Below, in pieces: positions 36,064 through 44,222 of a stretch of DNA of 48,788 nucleotides. Both the position numbers and the translations under genes were made by a program. Each line of letters opens with the position of its first letter. The stretch's first letter is position 1. Origin of the DNA: Candidatus Micrarchaeota archaeon (lineage in GTDB: Archaea; Micrarchaeota; Micrarchaeia; Micrarchaeales; CABMGC01); NCBI GenBank assembly GCA_046536675.1, contig JAWDMK010000003.1, positions 1 to 48,788 on the forward strand, given 5' to 3'. Under the pieces are notes generated by a model. The model ran no database searches. It was not told where the DNA came from and saw only the letters and a program-made list of their open reading frames with translations.

Positions 36064-36753
36064 ATGTCTTCTAAAAAAGTGATTGCAAAATACTCTGTTA
36101 ACGGCGAGGAATTTGAGATTTTTGTTGATGCAGACCTTGCATATGAGTACATAACAGGAAAAAGAAGCGATCCATTATCTGTTCTCGAAGTCGACGAGAT
36201 CTTCAAAGATGCAAACAAGGGCGAGAGGCAGAGCAAGGAAAAGATAGAGAAGGCATTTAATACAACAGATCTTGCAAAAATAGTGGCAATAATACTTAAA
36301 AACGGCAATGTGCCTATCACTACGGAACAGAGGAACAAACTGTTAGAAGAAAAGAAGAAACAGATTATTGCAATAATTTCTAGGAATTCTATAGATCCTA
36401 GAACAAACGCACCGCTTCCTATGCAGAGGGTTGAGAATGCGATGGAGCAGGCAAAAGTAAGTATAGATCCTTTCAAGAGTGCAAGTGACCAAGTAGACCA
36501 AATAGTTAAAAAGATTAGCATGATAATACCTATTAAGTTTGCAGTAGCCAAAATAGAGGTTACTGTTCCTGCAAGCTATGCAAGCAGGGTATATAGCCTG
36601 CTTAAGCAGTATGGCTTGAAGTCTGAGAAGTGGCTAAACGATGGTTCACTCTCAGCAATCGTTGAATTCCCTGCAGGGCTTCAGAGCGAGTTTTACGATA
36701 AGCTCAACAGCTTAACACAGGGGAATGCAGAAACAAAACTTTTAGAGGTGTAA
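36064..36753 (+). CDS. sdo1: Ribosome maturation protein SBDS/Sdo1
   Basis: [26 protein letters not shown]. Confidence 0.95.
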   Translation: MSSKKVIAKYSVNGEEFEIFVDADLAYEYITGKRSDPLSVLEVDEIFKDANKGERQSKEKIEKAFNTTDLAKIVAIILKNGNVPITTEQRNKLLEEKKKQIIAIISRNSIDPRTNAPLPMQRVENAMEQAKVSIDPFKSASDQVDQIVKKISMIIPIKFAVAKIEVTVPASYASRVYSLLKQYGLKSEKWLNDGSLSAIVEFPAGLQSEFYDKLNSLTQGNAETKLLEV

Positions 36754-36755
36754 AA

Positions 36756-37361
36756 ATGGAAATAGTCATTCCAGGTGACATGATATTAGATAAGCCTATA
36801 CATATGGAAAATACGTTTATAGAGGACAATAAGACATATGCTGCTGTTCTTGGTATTTTTGATAAGGAAAAGAAAGTACTGATACCACTCGAAGGCTTGT
36901 GGTATCCAAAGCATGGTGAACTTGTTGTGGGCATAATAATAGAAGAAAGGCTAAACAGTTATGTTGTGGATTTAAATGCACCTTACAAAGGTATACTTGT
37001 TGCAAAATATGTTCGAGACAAACTTTCTGTTGGTGACATAATAGAAGCAACAGTAAAAGAGCTTGATGAAACAAAGACGGTAGTGCTTATGAGAGAAAGA
37101 AAGCTATATGGCGGTAAGATTATTGATGTTAAGCCTTCAAAAGTTCCAAGAATAATAGGAAGAAACAACACAATGATAAAACAGCTTACCGAAGGAACGA
37201 AATCAACAATTATAGTCGGTATGAATGGAAGAATCTGGATTAAAGGAGGCGATGTTGCGCTTACAACAAAAGCAATACTCAGAATACAAGAAGAAGCTCA
37301 TACTTCCGGACTTACCGATAGGATAAGAGAGATGCTTGAAAAATCGAAGAAAGCGGAGTGA
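36756..37361 (+). CDS. rrp4: Exosome RNA-binding subunit Rrp4
   Basis: IVIPGD, S1 domain, KH domain PSKVPRIIG...GMNGRIWI, EAHTSGLT. Confidence 0.95.
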   Translation: MEIVIPGDMILDKPIHMENTFIEDNKTYAAVLGIFDKEKKVLIPLEGLWYPKHGELVVGIIIEERLNSYVVDLNAPYKGILVAKYVRDKLSVGDIIEATVKELDETKTVVLMRERKLYGGKIIDVKPSKVPRIIGRNNTMIKQLTEGTKSTIIVGMNGRIWIKGGDVALTTKAILRIQEEAHTSGLTDRIREMLEKSKKAE

Positions 37362-37365
37362 TTAA

Positions 37366-38103
37366 ATGAGTTCACAAGAAAAACCAAAACTTATTGTAGA
37401 TGGGAAGAGGCTTGATGGCAGAGGATTTGACGAGCTCAGGCCAATAAAGATAGAAGCCGGAGTTTTGAAAAATGCTGACGGTTCTGCTTATCTAGAATGG
37501 GGCAAGAACAAGATATTTGCAGCTGTTTATGGGCCGAGAGAGGCGCTTCCTAAACATACAGCAGATCCAGAGAAAGCAGTTATAAAGTGCAGATATTCAA
37601 TGGCCCCGTTTTCATCTCTTGAGGAGCATGGCAGGTCTGGGCCAAACAGAAGAGCGATAGAAATCTCAAAGGTTACAAAGGAAGTTTTTGAAAATGTAAT
37701 AATGAGTGAAAACTTTCCTGGCACAGAGATAAATATCTTTATAGAAGTTGTTCAAAGTGATGGCGGAACTAGAGCAGCCGGCATAACCGCAGCGGCTGTT
37801 GCACTTGCTACATCTGGTATACCAATGAGGGATCTGCCTTATGCGGTTTCTGCTGGGAAGATAGGTGATCACATAGTTATAGACCTAAACAAAATAGAAG
37901 ACAATTATTCTGATGCAGACGTTCCTATAGCTATAAGTCCAAGGACTGGTGATATACTTTTGCTTCAGATGGATGGTTCTTTGACTAAAGATGAATTTAA
38001 GGAAGTAATTGCAAAAGTTAAAAAAGCAGGCCAGATCATATCAAAGGTGCAAAGAGATGCTTTAAAGGCACCATACGAAAGGATAAGCAACAAATACAAA
38101 TGA
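37366..38103 (+). CDS. rrp41: Exosome catalytic subunit Rrp41
   Basis: RLDGR-FDELRP, ADGSAY, YSMAPFS, DGGTR phosphate site, LLQMDG. Confidence 0.97.
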   Translation: MSSQEKPKLIVDGKRLDGRGFDELRPIKIEAGVLKNADGSAYLEWGKNKIFAAVYGPREALPKHTADPEKAVIKCRYSMAPFSSLEEHGRSGPNRRAIEISKVTKEVFENVIMSENFPGTEINIFIEVVQSDGGTRAAGITAAAVALATSGIPMRDLPYAVSAGKIGDHIVIDLNKIEDNYSDADVPIAISPRTGDILLLQMDGSLTKDEFKEVIAKVKKAGQIISKVQRDALKAPYERISNKYK

Positions 38104-38112
38104 GGTGTTTGA

Positions 38113-38898
38113 ATGCAGAGTGTCAATTCAATAAAGAGTACATATATAAAAGAACTGCTAAACAACGGAGTTAGAAGTGGCAGAGGGTTTTTTGAGTATA
38201 GAAACATTTCAGTAGTAAGGGACATTATACCGAATGCAGAAGGTTCTGCACAGGTAGACTTAGGCTCAACAAAGGTACTTGTTGGTGTTAAACTCGATAT
38301 CGATGAGCCCATGCCTGACAAACCTAATGAAGGCAACATAATCACATCAGCAGAGCTCCTTCCACTTGCTTCGGCAGATTTTGATATAGGTCCGCCAAGT
38401 CCAGAAGCGATAGAACTTGCCAGGGTGGTAGACCGTGGCATAAGGGCAGCGAACGTTATAGATACTGGCTCGTTGTTCATAGAAGAAGGTAAGGTATGGT
38501 CTGTTTTTATAGATATTTACATAATGAACTATGACGGCAATCTTTTTGATGCAAGCACACTTGCATCTGTTGCTGCGCTTACAAACACAAGAATGCCAAA
38601 ATATGAAGATGGCAATGTTATAAGAGAGGGAAAGCTTGGAAAGCTTAAGGTAAATAACATTGTAACGTCATGTACATATGCCAAGGTTGGTAAATCAATA
38701 ATGCTAGACCCAGATGGCGACGAAGAATCGGTAATGGATGCAAGACTTACAATAGCCAATGATGAAACCTACATAAGAGCGATGCAGAAAGGATTGAGTG
38801 GTTCATTCAAGGAGCATGAGATAAACGAGCTTATAGAAACATCATTCGAAAAGTCTAAAGATTTAAGGGCTATAATAAATAAACTTAATAGTGATTGA
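38113..38898 (+). CDS. rrp42: Exosome subunit Rrp42
   Basis: AEGSA-V-LG-T, GPP...IELARVVDRGIR, DGNLFDA, AMQKG. Confidence 0.96.
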   Translation: MQSVNSIKSTYIKELLNNGVRSGRGFFEYRNISVVRDIIPNAEGSAQVDLGSTKVLVGVKLDIDEPMPDKPNEGNIITSAELLPLASADFDIGPPSPEAIELARVVDRGIRAANVIDTGSLFIEEGKVWSVFIDIYIMNYDGNLFDASTLASVAALTNTRMPKYEDGNVIREGKLGKLKVNNIVTSCTYAKVGKSIMLDPDGDEESVMDARLTIANDETYIRAMQKGLSGSFKEHEINELIETSFEKSKDLRAIINKLNSD

Positions 38899-38899
38899 A

Positions 38900-39142
38900 A
38901 TGGCAAATGCTAGCATAAGATATGGAGTAAGCCTTAGAAAGAGATATCAGGCTGTACAGAAAGAGAAGAAGACTCTTTACAAATGTGATGTATGCGGAAA
39001 GGTAGCGGTAAAGAGAATAAGTACTGGTATATGGAAGTGCAAGCACTGCGGTGCAACATATGCTGGTGGGGCGTATACATTCAAGACAACTACCGGAGAG
39101 GCTGCAAACAGGATAATTATGCAGTATAGCGAGCAGCAATAA
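38900..39142 (+). CDS. rpl37ae: 50S ribosomal protein L37ae (eL43)
   Basis: RYG-SLRK, CDVCGK-AVKR-STGIWKC-HC, AGGAY. Confidence 0.96.
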   Translation: MANASIRYGVSLRKRYQAVQKEKKTLYKCDVCGKVAVKRISTGIWKCKHCGATYAGGAYTFKTTTGEAANRIIMQYSEQQ

Positions 39143-39151
39143 GGTGATAAA

Positions 39152-39520
39152 ATGGTAAAAATAGAATATTCTCCAGCGACAGAACTTGTGGTTCACGAAG
39201 TGATAAAGGTAGATAAGGATGACTTGCTGAGGGAGCGTGTAACGCCAGCTGGCACAATGCCTTTATATTGGTGTGATGGTATTTTATTCAGCTTTTCGTC
39301 TCTTCCGATGACAGATGATGTTGTTAAAGATTACCTTAAGGGCAGGATACACTGGCTTGAGGTTCACTTTACAAAGATGGAAGATTATACTCCGGTTCTT
39401 ACTCTGAATGATGAGGAATATAAAGCGACAATGAGTATAAGGGTAATAGATACGAGCAGTTCTGAGCTCCACAAGGAGTTTGTAAAGTGGCTCAAATCAA
39501 ACATAAAGGAAAAGAGGTGA
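39152..39520 (+). CDS. Hypothetical protein inside the rpl37ae-rpoP operon
   Basis: 122-aa ORF, AGGTGA SD, tight spacing on both sides. Confidence 0.8.
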   Translation: MVKIEYSPATELVVHEVIKVDKDDLLRERVTPAGTMPLYWCDGILFSFSSLPMTDDVVKDYLKGRIHWLEVHFTKMEDYTPVLTLNDEEYKATMSIRVIDTSSSELHKEFVKWLKSNIKEKR

Positions 39521-39524
39521 AAGG

Positions 39525-39656
39525 ATGGCTTATGTATGTTTGCAGTGTGGAAGGCAGATAAAAGATATTAAAAACTTTGTTAGGTGCCCTTACTGTGGCT
39601 ATAGAGTAGTTGCAAAAGAAAGGTCCTCTCTTGCAAGGGAGGTATCAACAGATTGA
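39525..39656 (+). CDS. rpoP: RNA polymerase subunit P (Rpo12); not in the ORF track
   Basis: Hand translation MAYVCLQCGRQIKDIKNFVRCPYCGYRVVAKERSSLAREVSTD; Zn ribbon, GAGGTGA SD, canonical operon position. Confidence 0.93.
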   Translation: MAYVCLQCGRQIKDIKNFVRCPYCGYRVVAKERSSLAREVSTD

Positions 39657-39657
39657 A

Positions 39658-39891
39658 TCACTTCTCACTTACAATTATACTCTCCGCAACATTCTTTACT
39701 CTCTTATAAAGTATACTATTCTTAGAGAGCGCCTCCCTTACATTACTGCTTCTTGCGAGTTGTTCGAGCTTAGTGGTAAGCAGATGAGAAACTTGCCCAT
39801 TTTCTATATCAAGCACTATCTCTTTAACATCTCCAAGTATCTTACCTCCTGATGTTATAATCTTTTTTCCATATATCTCTGATAGCATCAT
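39658..39891 (-). CDS. PRC-barrel domain protein (CdpB-like)
   Basis: LSEIYGKKIITSGGKILGDVKEIVLDIENG...VKNVAESIIV. Confidence 0.87.
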   Translation of the reverse strand: MMLSEIYGKKIITSGGKILGDVKEIVLDIENGQVSHLLTTKLEQLARSSNVREALSKNSILYKRVKNVAESIIVSEK

Positions 39892-39895
39892 AAAA

Positions 39896-40420
39896 TCACT
39901 TTTCTATCTTTATTCTCATAAGTTTTTTGGAAGCAAAAATTCTTATTATATACTCATTGAGCTCATTTATAAAAGCTTCCTCATTTTTCTCCCTCTCCCT
40001 GCTTTCCTCAGCGCTAAACAAGTCAAGATGTTCATCTACAATCTTTTTGAGGTATTCTTTTGTCAAGGAATAAAAACCCTGGCCGCAGGAAGTGCATACA
40101 TAAATCGGTACAACAGGCACGTTGCTCATTTTTCTCGTATCTACAAGATCAAGTTCTCTTCTTATACTCTTTTTCCCACACCTTTGGCAAACAGCATTTA
40201 TCTCTACTTCTTTGTATTCAGACTCAACGATTTTAAGGGGACCAACATAATATTCAAGACCTTCCTCTACACTCTTTCCCTTTAGAAGCTTTTGATCTAA
40301 TACCTCGCCACTTTCATTAAAAAAAGTTATAAGCGAGCCATCTTTTAGTTCGTCAGCAACAGCAAATTTGCCATCTCTGCTTGCTGTTCTTATCTTCCCG
40401 TTAGCACTTTTATAAGCCAA
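39896..40420 (-). CDS. Hypothetical protein with Cys4 zinc ribbon
   Basis: CQRCG...YVCTSCG; TTG start. Confidence 0.75.
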   Translation of the reverse strand: MAYKSANGKIRTASRDGKFAVADELKDGSLITFFNESGEVLDQKLLKGKSVEEGLEYYVGPLKIVESEYKEVEINAVCQRCGKKSIRRELDLVDTRKMSNVPVVPIYVCTSCGQGFYSLTKEYLKKIVDEHLDLFSAEESREREKNEEAFINELNEYIIRIFASKKLMRIKIEK

Positions 40421-40441
40421 TAGTGCTTCTATCTAAATCAC

Positions 40442-40651
40442 CTAAGCATGCTTAAGTATATACTCATTTATCTCTTCTTTTGTTATCCTATCTTTTTTCT
40501 TCTCCTTAGCTTTCCTTACAGCAAAGCTTGAGATTTCACGGGCCTTCTTTTCAAGCAATTTAGCAATAGCATCTGCGCCGTCATCTGTAATATTGGCGTT
40601 TGTGTATTTTTTAACAAGTTTTTTTATATTCTCCCTAGAGAGCTGTGCCAT
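40442..40651 (-). CDS. Archaeal histone, divergent (69 aa)
   Basis: Aligns by eye over the full HMf fold: L----I-KLVK...ITDD-A-AIAKLLE--AREI---AV--A......I--EEI. Confidence 0.85.
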   Translation of the reverse strand: MAQLSRENIKKLVKKYTNANITDDGADAIAKLLEKKAREISSFAVRKAKEKKKDRITKEEINEYILKHA

Positions 40652-40655
40652 GAAA

Positions 40656-40700
40656 TCAGCACTCAAGATCCTCATCATTTATCAGAAAAGATCTCATCAC
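40656..40700 (-). ncRNA. Box C/D guide sRNA, predicted target C34 of tRNA-Leu(CAA)
   Basis: GTGATGA (C) - GATCTTTT - CTGA (D') - TAA - ATGATGA (C') - GGATCTTGAGTG - CTGA (D). All four boxes match consensus; D guide is complementary to ACUCAAGAUCC. Confidence 0.85.
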
Positions 40701-40878
40701 AATATTAATATTGCTGTATAGTTTAATAAGTTTTCTTTCAAGCATGGTGTTATGCTGCCTATAAAGTAAAGAAGATAAAAATATATCTAGAACGGGCTTA
40801 TGGCTAATTTCTTCCGATTTGGCTAAAGAACATTTAAATATTTTATTTAGAAAATATAATTGCTGCTTTTGTGATGTG

Positions 40879-41205
40879 ATGGTAGTGGAGGAGATTGACA
40901 AAACAAGATTTGAGGAAGAAGTGTTAAAATCTGACAAGCCAGTGTTAGTTGATTTTTGGGCAGAGTGGTGTGGCCCATGCAGGATATTCTCTCCTATTGT
41001 CGAGAAGTTATCTGAGGAGGAAAAGTATAAAGGCAGGGTGAAGTTTTACAAACTTAATACAGATGAGAACCCAGAGATAGCCGTTGAATATAATATAATG
41101 AGCATACCAACGGCGGCTTTATTTGAAGGTGGGGAAGTAAAAGCTATTTCTATAGGTGCTATACCGCAAGAGGTTTTTAAGAAATGGCTTGATGAAAATC
41201 TCTAG
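40879..41205 (+). CDS. trxA: Thioredoxin
   Basis: VLVDFWAEWCGPC, SIPT; ATG 40879. Confidence 0.95.
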   Translation: MVVEEIDKTRFEEEVLKSDKPVLVDFWAEWCGPCRIFSPIVEKLSEEEKYKGRVKFYKLNTDENPEIAVEYNIMSIPTAALFEGGEVKAISIGAIPQEVFKKWLDENL

Positions 41206-41265
41206 TGCATCATTGCAATAGAATAAATATCTTATCTGGCAAATAATTTTGATATTTGTGGTTAA

Positions 41266-42543
41266 ATGGTAGAACCTTCGCTCCCTAGGGGCATGCGTGA
41301 CTTCAACACAGCGGAAGCTATAGCAAGGCGCGAGGTATTGGCTGTAGTAGAAGAGACATTTAAAAGATTTGGCTTTTCGCCTATAGAGACACCAGCTCTT
41401 GAAAATCTGAATGTACTTTATGCTAAAACTTATGGTGAGGAATCAGGAAAGGAGATCTTTAAAATAGAAGGAGAAGATGCAGCACTTAGATATGATTTCA
41501 CAGTGCCACTAGCAAGGTTTATCGCAATGAACAAGGACACGCCGCTTCCGTTTAAGCGCTACCAGATAGGTTCTATATGGCGAAAAGACGAACCACAAAG
41601 GATGCGATACAGAGAATTTCTGCAGGTAGATATAGACATTGTTGGAAGCAGCGAACTAATCTCTGATGCAGAGGTGATTGCGGTTGCTGCACAAATCCTA
41701 GACGAGCTCGGCATTTCGGGATATAAAATATTGATAAACGACAGAATAATACTGAATGGAATACTATCATTTTTTGGCATTCCAAACGAAAAGAGCCTAC
41801 AAGCAATAAGGCTCATAGATAAGCTTCCTAAGATAGGTAATGAGGAGGTAATAAAAGGACTTGTTGGGCTTGGTATTAAGCAAGAGAACGCAACAAGCTT
41901 AATCGAATTTATTATAAAAGAAGAAGGTAACGATGAGAAGCTCAACAGGATAGAAGCTAATATAGGTCTAAAAGAGGAGGTAAACAAGCTTAGAGAGCTC
42001 ATTAGGCTTGTTAGGCTATACAAAGCTAAAGGCGATCTAATTGTTGATCTTTCGCTTGCAAGGGGTTTTGATTACTATACAAGTTTGGTATGGGAATTCA
42101 TTGTATATGATGAGAACGGAAAGAGGCTTCCTTCAATAGCTGGTGGTGGCAGGTATGACAACCTTATAGGCATATTCTTAAACCAGCAGATACCAGCCAC
42201 AGGCATATCTATAGGCATAGATAGGATAATGAATGTGATAGGCTCAAGCACAGAGAGGAAAAGCTATGCAAGGGTTTATGTTGCCACTGTGGGCAATGTG
42301 CTAGATTATTCGCTCTATGTGGCTAATGCCCTTAGGGGTGCAGGCATAAATACAGATATTAACATGACAAAGAGAAATATTGCAAAGCAGCTTGAGTATG
42401 CTAATGCTATGAGGTTTAGGTATGTTGCTATTGTAGGCGAGCGCGAGCAGTCTAGCAATAAGCTTAAGCTAAGGGACATGGTATCGGGAAACGAAGAGCT
42501 TTTAGACATAGACGAAGCAATTAAGGTTATAAAGGGTGAGTAG
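41266..42543 (+). CDS. hisS: Histidine--tRNA ligase
   Basis: PRGMRDF, LRYDFTVP, RYREF-Q-D-D, LARGFDYYT, GGGRYD, anticodon-binding domain. Confidence 0.97.
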   Translation: MVEPSLPRGMRDFNTAEAIARREVLAVVEETFKRFGFSPIETPALENLNVLYAKTYGEESGKEIFKIEGEDAALRYDFTVPLARFIAMNKDTPLPFKRYQIGSIWRKDEPQRMRYREFLQVDIDIVGSSELISDAEVIAVAAQILDELGISGYKILINDRIILNGILSFFGIPNEKSLQAIRLIDKLPKIGNEEVIKGLVGLGIKQENATSLIEFIIKEEGNDEKLNRIEANIGLKEEVNKLRELIRLVRLYKAKGDLIVDLSLARGFDYYTSLVWEFIVYDENGKRLPSIAGGGRYDNLIGIFLNQQIPATGISIGIDRIMNVIGSSTERKSYARVYVATVGNVLDYSLYVANALRGAGINTDINMTKRNIAKQLEYANAMRFRYVAIVGEREQSSNKLKLRDMVSGNEELLDIDEAIKVIKGE

Positions 42544-43072
42544 ATTGAAGAAAGAGAGCGTTGAAGAGGTTACAAAAAAGGTATTAGACAATGGAGGCAT
42601 ACTTGCAAAGCTCTATTTTGATATGCAGAGTGAAAAGCCCGATGACTTGCAGCCGCTAATGACAGAGATGATAAACAACAATATCTTAAAGGCACCAGGG
42701 GTTATATATTGCTATGGTAGCATAGATGAACCTATAAAGGTAGATGAACTAACATATTCAACAAGTGCAGCCTTGACAATTTTATTCAAGGATTTTGGGG
42801 CTCTTCTAAATCTTTCATTCAATTATGCGCCAGCAGGCGTTGAAATATTAAAGCCAGAGAAGGAGTATGTACTAAAAACGAGCGAGATGCAGTCTATAGT
42901 ATTGGATGTTGCCCAAATATCAGTAAATTATTCGCAATATATATTAAGCAAGGTTCTCTCAAAGGAGGACTTCGAAAAGATAAAGGAAAGCCTTGAGAGA
43001 AGGGAGAAGCTTGGAAGAGAGCTGTTAGAGAAAGCAAAGAAAAACGAGCAGCAGGGAGAAGCTAAGCCTTAA
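42536..43072 (+). CDS. Conserved-looking hypothetical protein
   Basis: 178-aa ORF overlapping the hisS stop; Y-PAGVEI-KP motif, C-terminal coiled coil. Confidence 0.75.
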   Translation: MSRLKKESVEEVTKKVLDNGGILAKLYFDMQSEKPDDLQPLMTEMINNNILKAPGVIYCYGSIDEPIKVDELTYSTSAALTILFKDFGALLNLSFNYAPAGVEILKPEKEYVLKTSEMQSIVLDVAQISVNYSQYILSKVLSKEDFEKIKESLERREKLGRELLEKAKKNEQQGEAKP

Positions 43073-44153
43073 GCCCAAGCATGCCTCTTATTATTTTGCT
43101 AGGCCTATCCATATCTCCATGCTTAGAAAGCAATTTCTCTATTCCAAATAGCTTAGCAAAGCTCGCTATGCCGCTTAGCGTAGAATTACTTAGTGAAGAG
43201 TAAAGGGTGTGTATAATATTGTGAATGATTACCTCTTTCTTAAACTCCTTAAGCCACAGGCTTTGGTAAAGGGCTAAGCTAGCGTTGTTGTTCAAATAAT
43301 CTTTTATAACCTTTGAAGCGATCACCGCGGCGTGGCCACCAAAAATTATACCTCCTCCTGTAGAGCTCTTCACTTGCCCTGCAGCATCGCCGACAAGCAA
43401 TACCTTCTTTTGTTCATCAACAAACTTTTTTCTGAGCGAAATGGGAATGATGTTTGCACCTCCTTCTAAAGGCCTTGCATTGCGTATAGCCTCTTTAACC
43501 TCTTTTCTCCTTAAGAAAAGCCTTAGAGCATCGCTGCTTTTTCCAAACCTTTCGTCTATGCCAACCCCAATTTCTGTATTGTCACCATGTGGCGCTATCC
43601 ATCCAAATAAACCTTTTGTTACTTTGTTATCAAAGAAAAGTTCAACAAACTCTTCATCTTCTTTTCGCACTCTATACTCCATTCTATACGTTAATATAAA
43701 CCTGTTTATAGGTGGAAACCCAAAAAAGCTTGCAACATTAGAAATTGCACCATCTGCTCCTATAATTATATTTTCTTTGTCTCCGCTTATCTCCCTTAGC
43801 CTCTCCTTTGATATATTTTCGCCATAAAATATTTTTGCACCACTTCCCTGTGCTTCTTCCATTAGCTTGTTGTTCAATACAGTTCTGTCTACGCTATAAG
43901 CCTTCGCTTCCTTTGCTTTTACTTCTATAACTGTATTTTCAAAAAATAACCTTGCCCCAAAAAGCTTGTTTAGCAGAGCCTCTTTGTAAAGTATATGCAA
44001 CTCTCTGAGCCCGTTAAGTGAGAGAATGCCAGAGCTTGTAGATATCTTCATTACCTTTTTCCTTTCGTATACTTTCGCATCTATTCCGTAGCGTGCAAGC
44101 TCCCTCGCAGCAATGAGCCCACTTGTTCCTGCACCTACAATAATGCACTTCAT
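43062..44153 (-). CDS. Geranylgeranyl reductase-family FAD oxidoreductase
   Basis: IVGAGTSG, IGADG, GWIAP, LVGDAAGQVK--TGGGI. Confidence 0.88.
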   Translation of the reverse strand: MKCIIVGAGTSGLIAARELARYGIDAKVYERKKVMKISTSSGILSLNGLRELHILYKEALLNKLFGARLFFENTVIEVKAKEAKAYSVDRTVLNNKLMEEAQGSGAKIFYGENISKERLREISGDKENIIIGADGAISNVASFFGFPPINRFILTYRMEYRVRKEDEEFVELFFDNKVTKGLFGWIAPHGDNTEIGVGIDERFGKSSDALRLFLRRKEVKEAIRNARPLEGGANIIPISLRKKFVDEQKKVLLVGDAAGQVKSSTGGGIIFGGHAAVIASKVIKDYLNNNASLALYQSLWLKEFKKEVIIHNIIHTLYSSLSNSTLSGIASFAKLFGIEKLLSKHGDMDRPSKIIRGMLGLKA

Positions 44154-44222
44154 TCAATCGCTTTTTATAGATATAGTTTTATAATTTACCTATTTAATAT
44201 TTTTAACTTCTGGTGTGTTTAG

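Noticed and set aside
40652-40678. Longer histone start (MMRILSADF)
   Set aside because: The ATGATG is the C' box of the sRNA; the histone fold begins at MAQL, although use of this start cannot be fully excluded
40700-40713. Palindrome CAATATTAATATTG at the sRNA/histone transcription start
   Set aside because: Almost entirely A/T in an AT-rich promoter; cannot be distinguished from chance without comparative data
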